A stretch of 60,857 nt of DNA, counting the filler, from Nemertoderma westbladi (taxonomy: Eukaryota > Animalia > Xenacoelomorpha): NCBI GenBank assembly GCA_032718475.1. It is 3 parts of 3 records of this genome, joined end to end, with 100 filler letters (N's around TTAATTAATTAA, not from the genome) between each part and the next. Parts side by side here need not be neighbours in the genome. Positions count along the whole stretch, not along the records: positions 1 to 23,140 come from JAUCBJ010005526.1; 2 more parts are not named here. One strand, given 5' to 3'. Below the pieces are notes generated by a model. The model made no database searches. It worked only from the letters and a program-made list of their open reading frames with translations, and was not told the origin of the DNA. The first letter of the stretch is position 1. Every line of letters starts with the position of its first letter. Position numbers and translations under genes: made by a program. Positions 11,201 through 22,500 of this stretch are shown here, in pieces.

Positions 11201-14200
11201 CTAATGTATTAGAAACCTAATGTATTAGAAACCTAATGTATTAGAAACCTAACGTATTAGAAACCTAACGTATTAGAAACCTAATGTATTAGAAACCTAA
11301 TGTATTAGAAACCTAATGTATTAGAAACCTAATGTATTAGAAACCTAACGTATTAGAAACCTAACGTATTAGAAACCTAATGTATTAGAAACCTAAGTTA
11401 TTAGAAACCTAACGTATTAGAACCCTAACGTAGTGGAAATCTAACGTATTCGAAACCTAACGTATTAAAAACCTAACGTATTAGAAACCTAAAGTATTAG
11501 AAACCTAAATTATTAGAAACTTAACGTATTAGAAACCTAACATATTAGAAACCTAACGTATTAGAAACCTAACGTATTAGAAACCTAACGTATTGGAAAC
11601 CTAACGTACTAGAAACCTAACGTATTAAAAACCTAACGTATTAGAAACCTAAAGTATTAGAAACCTAAAGTATTAGAAACATAACGTATTAGAAACCTAA
11701 AGTATTAGAAACATAACGTATTAGAAACCTAACGTATTAGAAACCTAACGTATTAGAAACCTAACGTATTAGAAACCTAACTTATTCGATAACTAACGTA
11801 TTAAAAACCTAACTTATTAGAAACCTAACGTATTAGAAACGTAACGTATTAGAAACCTAACTTATTCGATAACTAACGTATTAAAAACCTAACTTATTAT
11901 AACCTAACGTATTAGAACCCTAACGTGTTAGAAACGTAACATATTAGAAACCTAACGTATTGGAAACCTAACTTATTCGATAACTAACGCATTTGATAAC
12001 AAAATTTATTAGATACATAACGTAATCAGTTAGTGGATGAAATCATCATCTAGTTAATTAATTACCTTAGAAACAGATGAAACTCATCGAATCCCATGTC
12101 TGTAGCATAACGAACGTATAATTTGCTCAATATCTCAGTTTCGTGACTCACTGCTATTAGCCTATGACGTAACGTAATCAGTTCCAGTAACTGACACCAG
12201 ATGGACAAAATCGCGTCGGTTTTTTCTCTCAGTGATTTCTTAGCGCTGAGTTCTTCTTGAGTTAAACTTTCACCTAAAAAATAATTGAGTTCAATAAATA
12301 AAGAAACTCATTCAACCTTAAATTTATGCCAGGAAAAACGCACATTTCGGCGATTTTGCATCACATGTTTTTGTACACGGTAAAAACGAATAACGATAAA
12401 GATAAAATCCAAGATGCACAACCGTAAAAACAAACATTAACTCAGTTATTTACCTACCTATCTCGCCAATAAACAGCGGATCCTCGGCGAATGATCCGTT
12501 AAATAAACATTTTTGTGTGTTGAGAGAGAAAGACGATCCTGCAGGTTCCATTGCATCGCACTCCCTAACGGCAGCTTCGAGAACTCGTCGTTTTAATTCG
12601 ATTTCCTCACTCACCGTGCGGGGGCGTGCTACGTATTGGGCCTGTCTGTAGGCAGAGTTTAGAGCTTCGTGTACGCGTGAGACAAGTCCTTGAAAAAGAA
12701 ACACAGGGAAAAATATAGTAAAACTTTAGTGGTTGGTTAAAATTTCAATTGATTAATAGAACATTAACAACACATTTCGGAACAAAACTAACCCATTTTT
12801 GCGCCAATGTGAAGAATACCAGGATTTCACTTTTCGGTCGAATTTTTATTGGAATTTTTTATTTTTTTTAATTTATTTTTATTAAGTGTTTTATAGCGCT
12901 TATTACTTTCTTATAAACTGTACATATACTAATTCGTTTATTGTTTTGGTTAGATTCAGCCCTTCTGTAACCTGCGCTATTTGTGAAAACCTGGTATTCT
13001 TCACATGGGGGTAACTGCAAAGTGAAATATAACGGCAGAAAGTCTGGTATTCTTCACATGGGCCCATTTTTGAATAAAACTTACATTTTTGAATGAAACT
13101 GTGTAACGAAATTGTGTAATGAAATTAACCCCTTTTTGGAACGAAATTAACCCATTTTGGAACGAAACTAACCCATTTTGGAACGATACTAACCAATTTT
13201 GGAAAGATAATGACTCATTTTTTGAAGTCCATTTTTTGAAGAAAATTAACCATTGTGAAAATAAATTAACCAATTTTAGAACAAAACCGTGCCATCGTAT
13301 TATAAAACTAACCCATTGTAGGATGAAACTCCAATATGTCAACATACTTCAACAATGATCGACTTGATTGTAAACAAACCGGTTGCCTAGTTACCAAACG
13401 ATACGGCAACCCAAGAGAATTATTCTTGTTGTTTCGTGTTATCTGTAACGGAGTTAAAGAAATTTCCATATGCATCATAAAGATCATATCACTATACAGT
13501 ACGGTAATACATTTCGTTGAAATGTAAAATAAAACTCCGCCTAACCTTGGCCAAATACTCGCGTTGGCTGTCTATGTGTTTCTCCAATATTAACTTTATT
13601 AAGTGTAATTCCTTGAGCAAACAAACCGATTCAGCGCGGTAAGTTTTAACAAAGTAACTCGATTTTCTATCGATCCTGTGATAATGAAAGTAATTATAGG
13701 GCAGAGCATTGGGAACTTTTAATTTAAGTTGACCGAATATAAATAATCAAAAGATGTGATAATAAAAATAGAATTTATCCACTAACTTTGGCTTCGCTTG
13801 AATAATATTCGTGATGCACTGGGCCAGTCTGCGTTTCTCGTGCATATCTGTCACGTGATGGTAGGCTTCCATATAGACGTCAACTAGCAGACGTTGGTTG
13901 TCCAGATACATTGAATGACAATTCCACAGATCAAGAAGGACACCAAACCGGTCCACCTATTAATTATTGCAGAATATCCACGGGTAACATAAAGCCGATT
14001 ATTGGAGATTCATATAAATCAACTATTTTTGTAGTCCTGCTCTACATACAAATGGGTAGCAAATAGTTAAATAAAGTAGCACTTCATAATTGAATGATCA
14101 GTAAGTGATTTGTTACACGTTTAAATTGTAAAATAACGGAAATTTAATGGATTGAAATTATAAACTTAAATAAAAAATCTAGACATAGGCCTACTATCTA

Positions 14201-17200
14201 AAAATGCTAGACTCTAAGATGACATGAAATCCTCATCAATCCGAAAATCAATAATTTAGCGGAAAAATGTGAGTATTTAATGCCTATCTTGGGGGTATAC
14301 TTTTCTGTATTTGGTACCATGATGAGTACGTAGTGACAGTTCACATTAGTTTCGCAAACTAACTTATTTACGTTAATTTTATAAAAGCAAACTAATAATT
14401 TTGTCCACCGATCTTTACAATACAACAACCCTATTAGACTTACTTGTACATGACTGTAAGACATAACATCTAAATCTCCGGCTCCGAGATACAAACTAGA
14501 CTTCCTTTTATTGACTGAATGTCTCCCTGGATACGCTCCTTTAACGAAGCGCCTCTCGCGGTCTCTTTCGACATAATAACTTCCTGAAACGAACAACAAT
14601 TCAACAAAGTTAAACATTTTACATTTAAACATTAACACGAGAATCTTACAGGACTAATATTTAAATATTCTCCTCACCCATAGACAAAAAATTATTAAGT
14701 ACTATTATTGGTTATTAATCTCAACTATGCACATCCAACAACTCAATAATACAACTATACTATAGGTTGAGCGAGCGCGGACATATATAGTACAGTTTGT
14801 GGTCGCAACTCCTACAGACGTCTCGCAGTAGGCCGCCGTTGGTTGATTACCTTCCGCCGACGCCGACCTTGTCTGCATGGCTAGCCGTTGGTTGATTATG
14901 TCAAGGCTTTTACGGGAAGCTAACCCCACATCCGCTGCAAAGTGAGTTCGTTTGTAACTCTTGTGAGTGCTATCGAGTGTCTTGGGATACCTGCCGCATA
15001 GCAGGAACACTCACGAATGTTTATGTATATATATATATTATCTAACATAAGGAACAAGATGGGTACCGACTTTGTCTGCATGGCTAGCCGTTGGTTGATT
15101 ACCTTCCGCCGACCTTGTCTGCATGGCTAGCCGTTGGTTAATTACCTTCCGCCGGCCTTGTCTGCATGGCTAGCCGTTGGTTGATTACCTTCCGCCGATC
15201 TTGTCTGCATGGCTAGCCGTTGGTTGATTACCTTCCGCCGACCTTGTCTGCATGGCTAGCCGTTGGTTGATTACCTTCCGCCGGCCTTGTCTGCATGGCT
15301 AGCCGTTGGTTGATTACCTTCCGCCGACCTTGTCTGCATGGCTAGCCGTTGGTTGATTACCTTCCGCCGGCCTTGTCTGCATGGCTAGCCGTTGGTTGAT
15401 TACCTTCCGCCGACCTTGTCTGCATGGCTAGCCGTTGGTTGATTACCTTCCGCCGGCCTTGTCTGCATGGCTAGCCGTTGGTTGATTACCTTCCGCCGAT
15501 CTTGTCTGCATGGCTAGCCGTTTGTTGATTACCTTCCGCCGACCTTGTCTGCATGGCTAGCCGTTGGTTGATTACCTTCCGCCGACCTTGTCTGCATGGC
15601 TAGCCGTTGGTTGATTACCTTCCACCTATCCATAGCCCCCAATAACCCTGCTCCAGACTGTAGGGGTCCCTTTGTTACACCCTAAACCATGTGTGCCTCC
15701 TGGGTTAGGTTACCTAACACTACTGGTAGACTACTACTACCTACTACTAGGATCGGCATGCTGCATTGCAGCTGCATTTTTAAGAATGCTGTGCCGGCTT
15801 GTCAACAAAATTGCACCGCCACAACTCCCTATCACCCATGACATTTACTAGATCATCCGCATCTTTAAGGCCAGTGTCCTTTAAGATGCGTCTCAAGAAA
15901 GTCATGGGCTGTCCACCATGCTTATTCACTCCATGAGGCTGCCAAAGTACAAGATTATGCACTGGCTGGTCCTCACGGCGAAAGCAATGTCCTGCAAAGC
16001 GGAGACGATTTTGTTCTAGTGTCAAGCTTGGGGGAACCAATGAGACACCTCCAATGTTATATAGTGTCTGGTTGGAGATGTGTGCATTGTACTTGACACA
16101 ATGTACCCGGCGTAGCATTCTTGTGAATGTGCCATCCAGAGATTTTGTGTCCTCAGCAGTTAGAGCCCAGCATGGACTCCCGTAGAGGAGTACTGGAACT
16201 ACTGCTGCTCTAAACAATCGGACCTTAAGTTTCCGATTAATTCTCGGTGACTTCCAAATCCTGGAAAGCCTATTCAAGGCTGCCCATGCCTTTCCCTTAC
16301 GTATTCGAAGGTCCTCACCTGACTTCCGGATCCATGATCCCAGGTAACAGAAGTCGTCCACATGCTCAAGCATACCATCCTTTGAGCTTATGCTCATCCG
16401 ATCAGAGACTTGCTGAGGACTTTCAAAGTTAACTGTCAGAATTTTGGTCTTTCTGGAGTTAATAAAAAGACCAACACTAGAAGCAGCATGTTCTAATGAG
16501 CTGAGGAGCCGTTGGGCTCCCTCTAATGATTCTGAGAGTACTCCTAAGTCATCAGCAAAGTCTAGATCAGTTAGGTACTTGGCAGGATTTCCTCGACTTC
16601 TGGAGCCAGTAGGTGGAGTTATCATCACCCCATCAACATTATAATGATCTAAGGACATGCGTAGAACATAGTCAACCACAATAATGAACAAGAATGGTGC
16701 AAGTGTGTCTCCTTGGAGGACGCCCCATAACACTTCAAATGGTTCTGTGTCACCGTCAACAGTAGACACAAATGTTGTCGAACCATCGTATACTGATCTG
16801 ATTGCTGCAATAATTTCATCAATACCCAATAACCCTGCTCCAGACTGTAGGGGTCCCTTTGTTACACCCTAAACCATGTGTGCCTCCTGGGTTAGGTTAC
16901 CTAACACTACTGGTAGACGAGCATCCAGTATACAGCAGAGAGAGGTGTGTGTATTATTATACTGTAGCATAGAAGCATCCACTAATTTATTAATAGGCTA
17001 CTGGTGCTGATCGGCCTGCCTTACTGGACTGACAACTACTGTACTACAGTAAGTATCACATTCACATTATTACAGTAGTCTAGTCTTAAAATAATATATG
17101 GCTGACGAAATTGAACTTGGTTAATATATTATTTTACTGTAAACAACAACTCATTACTATTGGCTAATATTTTTTTACCTATAAGACTATTGGCTAATAT

Positions 17201-19442
17201 TTTCTTACCTATAAGTATCAACTCATTACTATTGGCTATTATTTTCTTACCTATAAGTAACAACTCATTACTATTGGCTAATATTTTCTTACCTATAAGT
17301 AACAACTCATTCTCTAGTCTCTTGAGGTCATCCTTGGCCGCTGTGTAAACAATATAGAAACCCCGAGCGTCACGAACATGGATACGGCCGTCAGAGAATG
17401 TATAGAAATCATCGTGATTATCGATATCGCTAAATTCCATAAACGAACTTTCCGACACCTAAAATAATGAGAGGCACTCAGCGGCGGTTTCATGCAAGTT
17501 ACATTTATTAAAGATCAAACAGCAATATATTACAGTCAAAACAAGCAATTCTTTCTTTTCAAGCAATTATTACACTCAAAATCATTGAAATTTATTGCAT
17601 TTACTGAAACTAACCTTCATGTCAGCTGGGGTGCTGTGTAAGTATTGGTGTGAAGGCAGACCCCCACTGCCACCCTGGTTGCCATGGTAATGAACGTTAA
17701 ACTGGTGATCCTGAGAATGACTTGGTCTGTCGCGAGTATTGTCCAAGGATAAGCCAGCATCTTGAATTGTCAAAGTTCGTTCAACCGACCTAAATAAATA
17801 ATGAGATATGATGTTATAGCATCATTGAGTTTCCAAGTTGTTGTTTCAAATGTCACAAGTAGATTTACCTCTCATTAATGAGTTATGGGCATCAATAACA
17901 TTTTAAGTTTGTAAAATTGAAAATGGGGAGAACGGAAGGATCTTGAACTAAATTAATATGATAGGCCTAGGCGGTACACATGGAGTAATGTAAGAGTTGC
18001 GACGTGAAACTGTTCGCTCACCGGTAATAGTTGAGGACGGCTAGGCAGTTTCTTTTAAGATCGCGAATTCTCAGATGTCGGAGATTAAGAAACGATAAGT
18101 ATCCACCCTGTAGACTAGCTGGGTCTAGAGATGACTCATTACCATCGTCCAAACCTAAGGGAACACACAAAGTCCTTAGATACCAAAATATATGGCAACT
18201 GTACCAATCAAAAAATGTCAATTATCCATCCTCCTCTCGGAATCACTTGACTACCACTAACACTTCCAGGGTGGTTTACAGGTTACGCGTCTCCCTGTAC
18301 CAGCTGCTGTTTGTTCTGGCTGTTTTCCCCAGTGGTATAACGTCCCGGCCCCACTGGTTTATTCTCGCAACACTTCTTCCCGAAGGCCGACTACTGGTTT
18401 TCTCTTCATTCTCTCTTCCATGTTTCTCTCTACTCGCCGCGATAGGAACTTCTTCAATATATCATGAATTTGCAGCATTCTTTGTAAGCCTTGAGGTATA
18501 GGGCGCCGTTCAGTTCCACTAATTTACAATAAGTTATCCACGTCAATTAAATTGCGACAAGTACCACGGATACCACTACACACACATTCCTATGATTTAT
18601 TTATTTAAAGTTTATAAGATTACTGATTGCTGATTACAGCTGTACCGGTCGATGATACCGATAATAACATGTATTTCTCAAATCATAAAACTTTTCACTT
18701 ATAATTATGGTATTATCCCTGAACGGCAAGTTTGGTAATCTTGTATTTGTTTCCTCGACTTTTGCAAACTCGTGCGAATGACTTTACACAACTCGGGGAA
18801 AAAATCTGATTGGCTTGAGTGATTTCTATACCTACTAACAGTGATCCAATCAAGTTTGTTTACCCAATATGATCCGCTAAATTACGGAAACAAACATGAT
18901 TGGATGTTGGTTGATATACATAGAAACCACTACAGCCAGTTAGATTTGTTTCTTGAGTTTTGTAAAGTCGTTCGAACAAATTTGCAAATGTCGGTGAAAC
19001 AAAAAAAATATTACAAAACTGGCCGCTCGGGGCCGCCATAGACAGAAAGGGAATTTTTAAGAATACCATGTAGGAAGACCTTGACGACCTTGTTATGTTA
19101 GAGGAGCAGAATCTGCTAAATAAAGTCGTCAAAAACGTAAAGTGCAAAGTAAGGTTCTCTTCGGCCGTTAGACCAGGGATTACGCTGACGACTTATTTCC
19201 AGTCCCCCCCAGAACTACCCTCTCTAGAGGAAATTGTTACCCTATAAACGCACAATAGATACTGTCTCACTCACACATTCATACTCACCCAATAGTTGCA
19301 TAGTTTCCATGTAATCGTAGTCATCCTGCGATGTTTTCCCCAAGTTTAGATTGTGATTGCTCTTCTGTTTTCTCATTATCTCATCAATTTTCACGCTATC
19401 CACGTGTTTGTCATCAAAATCAACGGCTGTTTCTTCTTCCAG
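5011..19442 (-). CDS. CCDC162: Partial multi-exon host gene, CCDC162/DUF4549-like large uncharacterised protein (14 exons, about 1006 aa; both ends outside this segment or not found)
   Basis: GT-AG exons in consistent phase: 19289-19442, 18022-18154, 17615-17789, 17293-17458, 14444-14583, 13787-13956, 13546-13675, 13313-13442, 12458-12688, 12066-12273, 8663-8830, 7339-8108, 5583-5800, 5011-5235 (sum 3018 nt). The motifs YLSFLNLRHLRIRDLKRNCLAVLNYYRSVERTLTI, VDRFGVLLDLW, LEFHP, MGFDEFHLFLR, NIWFLPHFSEVL and AADWGGSEGIASEL match my recollection of CCDC162-family proteins. The gene structure is firm; the name is from memory. Confidence 0.7.
5455..5595. repeat. Degenerate 40-bp tandem repeat spanning a splice donor
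   Basis: Unit ACCTGTACTGGACTGCACGGGTCCTCCAGCTGTTAGGCCT; donor copies at 5581-5582 and 5541-5542. Confidence 0.8.
5583..5800 (-). CDS. Host gene exon (CRKSLALVL...DPYSPVQ)
   Basis: tttcag| acceptor, |gtaggc donor, phase 1 to 0. Confidence 0.88.
6180..6995. repeat. Intronic minisatellite, 33-bp unit with 27-bp variants
   Basis: About 25 copies of TTATAACGTGCCATTTTAACCTTCTCCTTTTCC; this explains the three repetitive ORFs in the track. Confidence 0.97.
7339..8108 (-). CDS. Host gene exon, 770 bp (SRESVMELL...FKHLDGD)
   Basis: tatcag| acceptor, |gtaagt donor, phase 2 to 1; covers most of ORF 7265..8092. Confidence 0.9.
8663..8830 (-). CDS. Host gene exon (CIQFEYASYK...VGCFSFR)
   Basis: gtctag| acceptor, |gttatc donor, phase 2 to 2. 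Confidence 0.8.
8915..12025. repeat. Intronic satellite of about 3.1 kb, 16-bp unit AAACCTAACGTATTAG
   Basis: About 190 tandem copies filling almost all of the intron between exons 12066-12273 and 8663-8830. Confidence 0.99.
12066..12273 (-). CDS. Host gene exon (ESLTQEEL...MGFDEFHLFLR)
   Basis: ttttag| acceptor, |gtaatt donor, phase 1 to 2. Confidence 0.88.
12458..12688 (-). CDS. Host gene exon (LVSRVHEAL...EDPLFIGEIG)
   Basis: ttcaag| acceptor, |gtaggt donor, phase 1 to 1. Confidence 0.85.
13115..13320. repeat. Degenerate 21-bp tandem repeat resembling the adjacent splice donor
   Basis: GAAACTAACCCATTTTGGAAC units; compare AAACTAACCCATTGTA at the donor (13305-13320). Confidence 0.75.
13313..13442 (-). 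CDS. Host gene exon (ITRNNKNNSLGLP...LEFHPTMG)
   Basis: ttacag| acceptor, |gttagt donor, phase 0 to 1. Confidence 0.85.
13546..13675 (-). CDS. Host gene exon (IDRKSSYFVKTY...QREYLAK)
   Basis: tcacag| acceptor, |gttagg donor, phase 2 to 0; too short for the ORF track. Confidence 0.85.
13787..13956 (-). CDS. Host gene exon (VDRFGVLLDLW...QAKPK)
   Basis: taatag| acceptor, |gttagt donor, phase 0 to 2. Confidence 0.88.
14444..14583 (-). CDS. Host gene exon (GSYYVERD...SYSHVQ)
   Basis: tttcag| acceptor, |gtaagt donor, phase 1 to 0. Confidence 0.85.
15066..15623. repeat. 43-bp minisatellite, 13 nearly identical copies
   Basis: Unit CCGACCTTGTCTGCATGGCTAGCCGTTGGTTGATTACCTTCCG; a seed copy lies at about 14835-14898. 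Confidence 0.97.
15732..16824 (-). mobile_element. 5'-truncated RTE-clade non-LTR retrotransposon (C-terminal part of RT, open frame) with 94-bp target-site duplication
   Basis: ORF 15780..16829 has GVLQGDTLAPFLF, DLDFADD, FCYLGS, VLLYGS and RLRFAGH. A (TAG)n tail lies at 15732-15750. Direct repeats are at 15638-15731 and 16825-16918. Confidence 0.95.
17140..17311. repeat. 42-bp tandem repeat copying the exon end and its splice donor
   Basis: Minus-strand unit AATGAGTTGTTACTTATAG|GTAAGAAAATATTAGCCAATAGT; GT dinucleotides at 17292, 17250, 17208 and 17178. Confidence 0.95.
17293..17458 (-). CDS. Host gene exon (VSESSFMEF...ENELLLIG)
   Basis: ttttag| acceptor, |gtaaga donor, phase 0 to 1; the donor is tandemly duplicated downstream. 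Confidence 0.88.
17615..17789 (-). CDS. Host gene exon (SVERTLTIQ...TPADMK)
   Basis: atttag| acceptor, |gttagt donor, phase 2 to 0. Confidence 0.88.
18022..18154 (-). CDS. Host gene exon (GLDDGNESS...VLNYYR)
   Basis: cccttag| acceptor, |gtgagc donor, phase 1 to 2. Confidence 0.88.
19289..19442 (-). CDS. Host gene exon (LEEETAVDF...YMETMQLLG)
   Basis: ttttag| acceptor, |gtgagt donor, phase 0 to 1. Confidence 0.8.
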
Positions 19443-19589
19443 CTAAAAATATAAATATAATTTTTTTTATTATAGGATTAATACAATAAATATGTTATAA
19501 TTTGTGTAATCGTATTGTTTTTATGTTTAGAAAGCATTTTAATATTTTATCTATCGGAATTATTCAAACTTTCACTTTAACTTTTAACT

Positions 19590-19920
19590 CAAGGGCTCGA
19601 TCGCTGGATGTGGTGTGGGTGGATGTATCGCATGAGTGTGAGGTGGAGCAGGTTGGGCTGTAGGATATTCGCATTGTTGTAGTGTCCCGACGCAAGAGAC
19701 TTTTATAAGTTTGTGCTTACGAAAACCCAGGCCCATACCACAGGCTTTTGCCGTGAAGTAAAAGGCAGTGTTGAATAGTTAGTGTGGCGTCTTCCCCGCC
19801 TTATAATGGGTCTGCTGGGAGGTGGTCTTCTTCGGGGGACCCAACAACGACCGACACATTGTCGGTGGTCGGTGAGCTGGTTACTTTGTTGTCTTTGCTT
19901 GGCTTACTTTGTTTGTTTAA
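19590..19920 (+). mobile_element. Possible degenerate SINE
   Basis: GC-richer island. GTGTCCCGACGCAAGAGACTTT resembles the CORE-SINE central motif, and it ends in a (GTTT)n tail. No clean A/B boxes. Confidence 0.3.
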
Positions 19921-20399
19921 TCAAATATAGTATATCCATTGATAAAAGCCAGTATCTGATATAAGCCAATATCGGCAACCGGCAATCCAGTAAGTTGAGT
20001 TTATAAATCATATCAATCAATATCTCTTAAAAACCTCCAGCTGATTATGTGTGGGTGTTGAATAATAAAACCAAATCTAATTATCACTATTGAACAGCTA
20101 GATCGCACAAAATAGGAATACAGTACTGTGGGCCTACACTGTACTGTGTAGTATATACTGTACAATCAACATTATTATATCCTTCAAGCAAATATATTTA
20201 GCAATTAGTAATTATTAGTACCGGTATGTCATCTACTGTATTTCTTTTTATTATTAGCCCCAAATTTCACAAATAGTTGGCAATTCGAGAATTCACATTC
20301 AACTGTTGAAATTGGAATATTTTGATTTTTAATTTTGAACATTTTGAAATAAAAAATATTGAGTAGAAAACTTTAATTTTGAAAACATAAATGTAGTTA

Positions 20400-22500
20400 T
20401 TGTGGAAAATTCTGTTAGGATTCCATGTCCCTGATTAGTGTAAGGGCCGGACTGCGTTGAACGATGAGCTGGGCCAATCATAGGGCACGACGTACTTCAT
20501 TGCTCAATTGTGAAGCTGTGGAAAATTTTGTTTAGTTTCCATGTGCAATTTCTAGTATAAAAGGCCGGTTTGCCTTTGGTTATCACCTAATCGCTTCACT
20601 TCGTTATGATTTTGTATAACGTTACTCTATCCTTTTATTCTTGTAAAATTAGTTTATTCGGTTTCTTGTTGAAACTTACTTTGATAAATCCTTTGTTAAA
20701 ACTGTAAATATACTGCAATTTCCTGACATGTTTTCTTTTGGTCCGACTTCGGGACAGCCGAACACCAGGGAGATGGCAGCCTAGACCGTTAGGCCGTAAG
20801 CAACGCAGGGAAGGGATGTCCACAACACGCTAGCGCCCACATTGGATCGACCGCGCACCCCCTTTGCCCCTTCGAAATACTCCACTTGCTATGCAGCGCC
20901 CGCTTTGTGAGAAGGTAAGACTTTGTTCGACGCCCTTGCCCGCCGTAAGACCTATAGATCAGGGTAAGCGTGACACCGCACTGGACGCCGCAAATTTAGG
21001 ATCAAATAATTATATCCAGACAACCCCACCCCTCTTGTCAAGTCCTACGAACCCCTGGGTTAACCTGTACTTCCTACAGGTGCGAACTATTGCCATTCGT
21101 CAGTACGCGAGTACACATTAGGTACGGACAGCATACGTTCCATAATTTAGTGATTCATAGCACTGACTGTTTGGTACCGGTTCGCTTTGTAGAACGTACA
21201 TTAGTACCCCCCCCCCCCCCCTGTCTGGAGTTAGCTATTTGATCAGGCAAGGAGCATTTCTGCTACCGGCACACTGCTTGGCCTAGGGAGGTTTATTAAT
21301 ATCCTACCGCGCCTTGCCACGTACTGATAGGTATTGCTGCTAACTACCGCAGCAACAAAGTTCTAGAATTAAATTAGTATACCAGATCAGCTAACGTACG
21401 GTAGCGATTAACCCCTATTCTTATCTTACAACCAGAATCTGGTATTAGTGCCGATCACGGGTGTAGTTACTAACACTGTGGTTGCCCATTGGGTTGTGGA
21501 TAGGAAGGAGAGAGCTTTGACGTCATTCGTGAGTATAAAGTTCTACAAACGCGACTAGTTTATTTTAGTAGCTAGCGCACGGTATCATTTTAGTCAGAAA
21601 ATCACTAAAACCTAGTAAAAGGAATTACACGAAATTGTTTTATTTGTAACACACCCACACACACACGCCCTAAAACATATCGCCCTTAAAGTTCTACTAG
21701 CTATAGCGTACTATACATTACTTTAGGTGGAAATTATTTGTATTTGTAAAATTAGGATCTGATTTGATTGCGGCAAGATAAGGAGTATTTCACTTTCGTT
21801 ATTAAACTGTTGTTTGTCTGGACAACGGTATTGTTACATTTAGGCCTGACCCTTTAGACTGATTTCGTACAGGGGGATCAGTTATTGTTACATTTAGGCA
21901 CGACCTTTAGGCTGATTTCGACAGGGATGATCAGCATTGTTACACTAGGTCTGTTAACCACCTAGTTCGTATATAAACCATATAAATCACACCGCGGCAA
22001 GTTACTGTATTTAGGACTGTCAGTGATAGTTAGGATTCGCTGCGCGGGGATTGTTTTCCCGTGAGTTTGGTCTGTTACGGTAACTGTACATCTGCCTCAC
22101 CGGTTAGAGGACAGGTATCCTTCTGTCTAGTACGTAGGCATTAGACCCGCTCACGTACATAGAATAGATACAAGGCTCTGTTCCTCGCCAGTAGTCGTTT
22201 GTGTACTATATCTGTTTGTTTAGATATCCTGGACTGGGATTTGTTGTCAGATACTGTACAAGCCCGTATACATTACTAGAGTCTCATAGTAAGATACATC
22301 GTTACTAGGATCTGGTAAGCGGTATACTACTGGACCCTTACAGTAGGAAGTATTTATATAAGTTAGTATATAGTATTTCCGCCGTAGCGTATAATATAGA
22401 TAAATATTTGTTATACATGGTATACAGTTCCTAAAAACTCGATTCAGAGCTTTACTTGGTTTATGGAAATAATAGCAAGTTCTAATTTCGCTACGCCATA
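20400..22500 (+). mobile_element. Putative long solo LTR or retroelement leader (boundaries unresolved)
   Basis: Duplicated TGTGGAAAATT motif (20401, about 20517), CCAAT at about 20474 and TATAAAAGG at 20556. A long non-coding region with internal repeats follows, similar in layout to LTR 36008-38307. No TSD identified. Confidence 0.35.

Noticed and set aside
8915-12025. Telomeric (TTAGG)n array
   Set aside because: CCTAA is only part of a 16-bp unit, and the array lies inside an intron.
14705-15010. Possible additional exon of the host gene
   Set aside because: Entering at the acceptor near 14990 in the required phase 1 hits a stop, and exon 17293-17458 joins 14444-14583 cleanly without it.
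18690-19200. Possible Crypton-like or other non-autonomous element (ATCCCTG...CAGGGAT)
   Set aside because: The inverted match is too short and there is no TSD or second copy to support a call.
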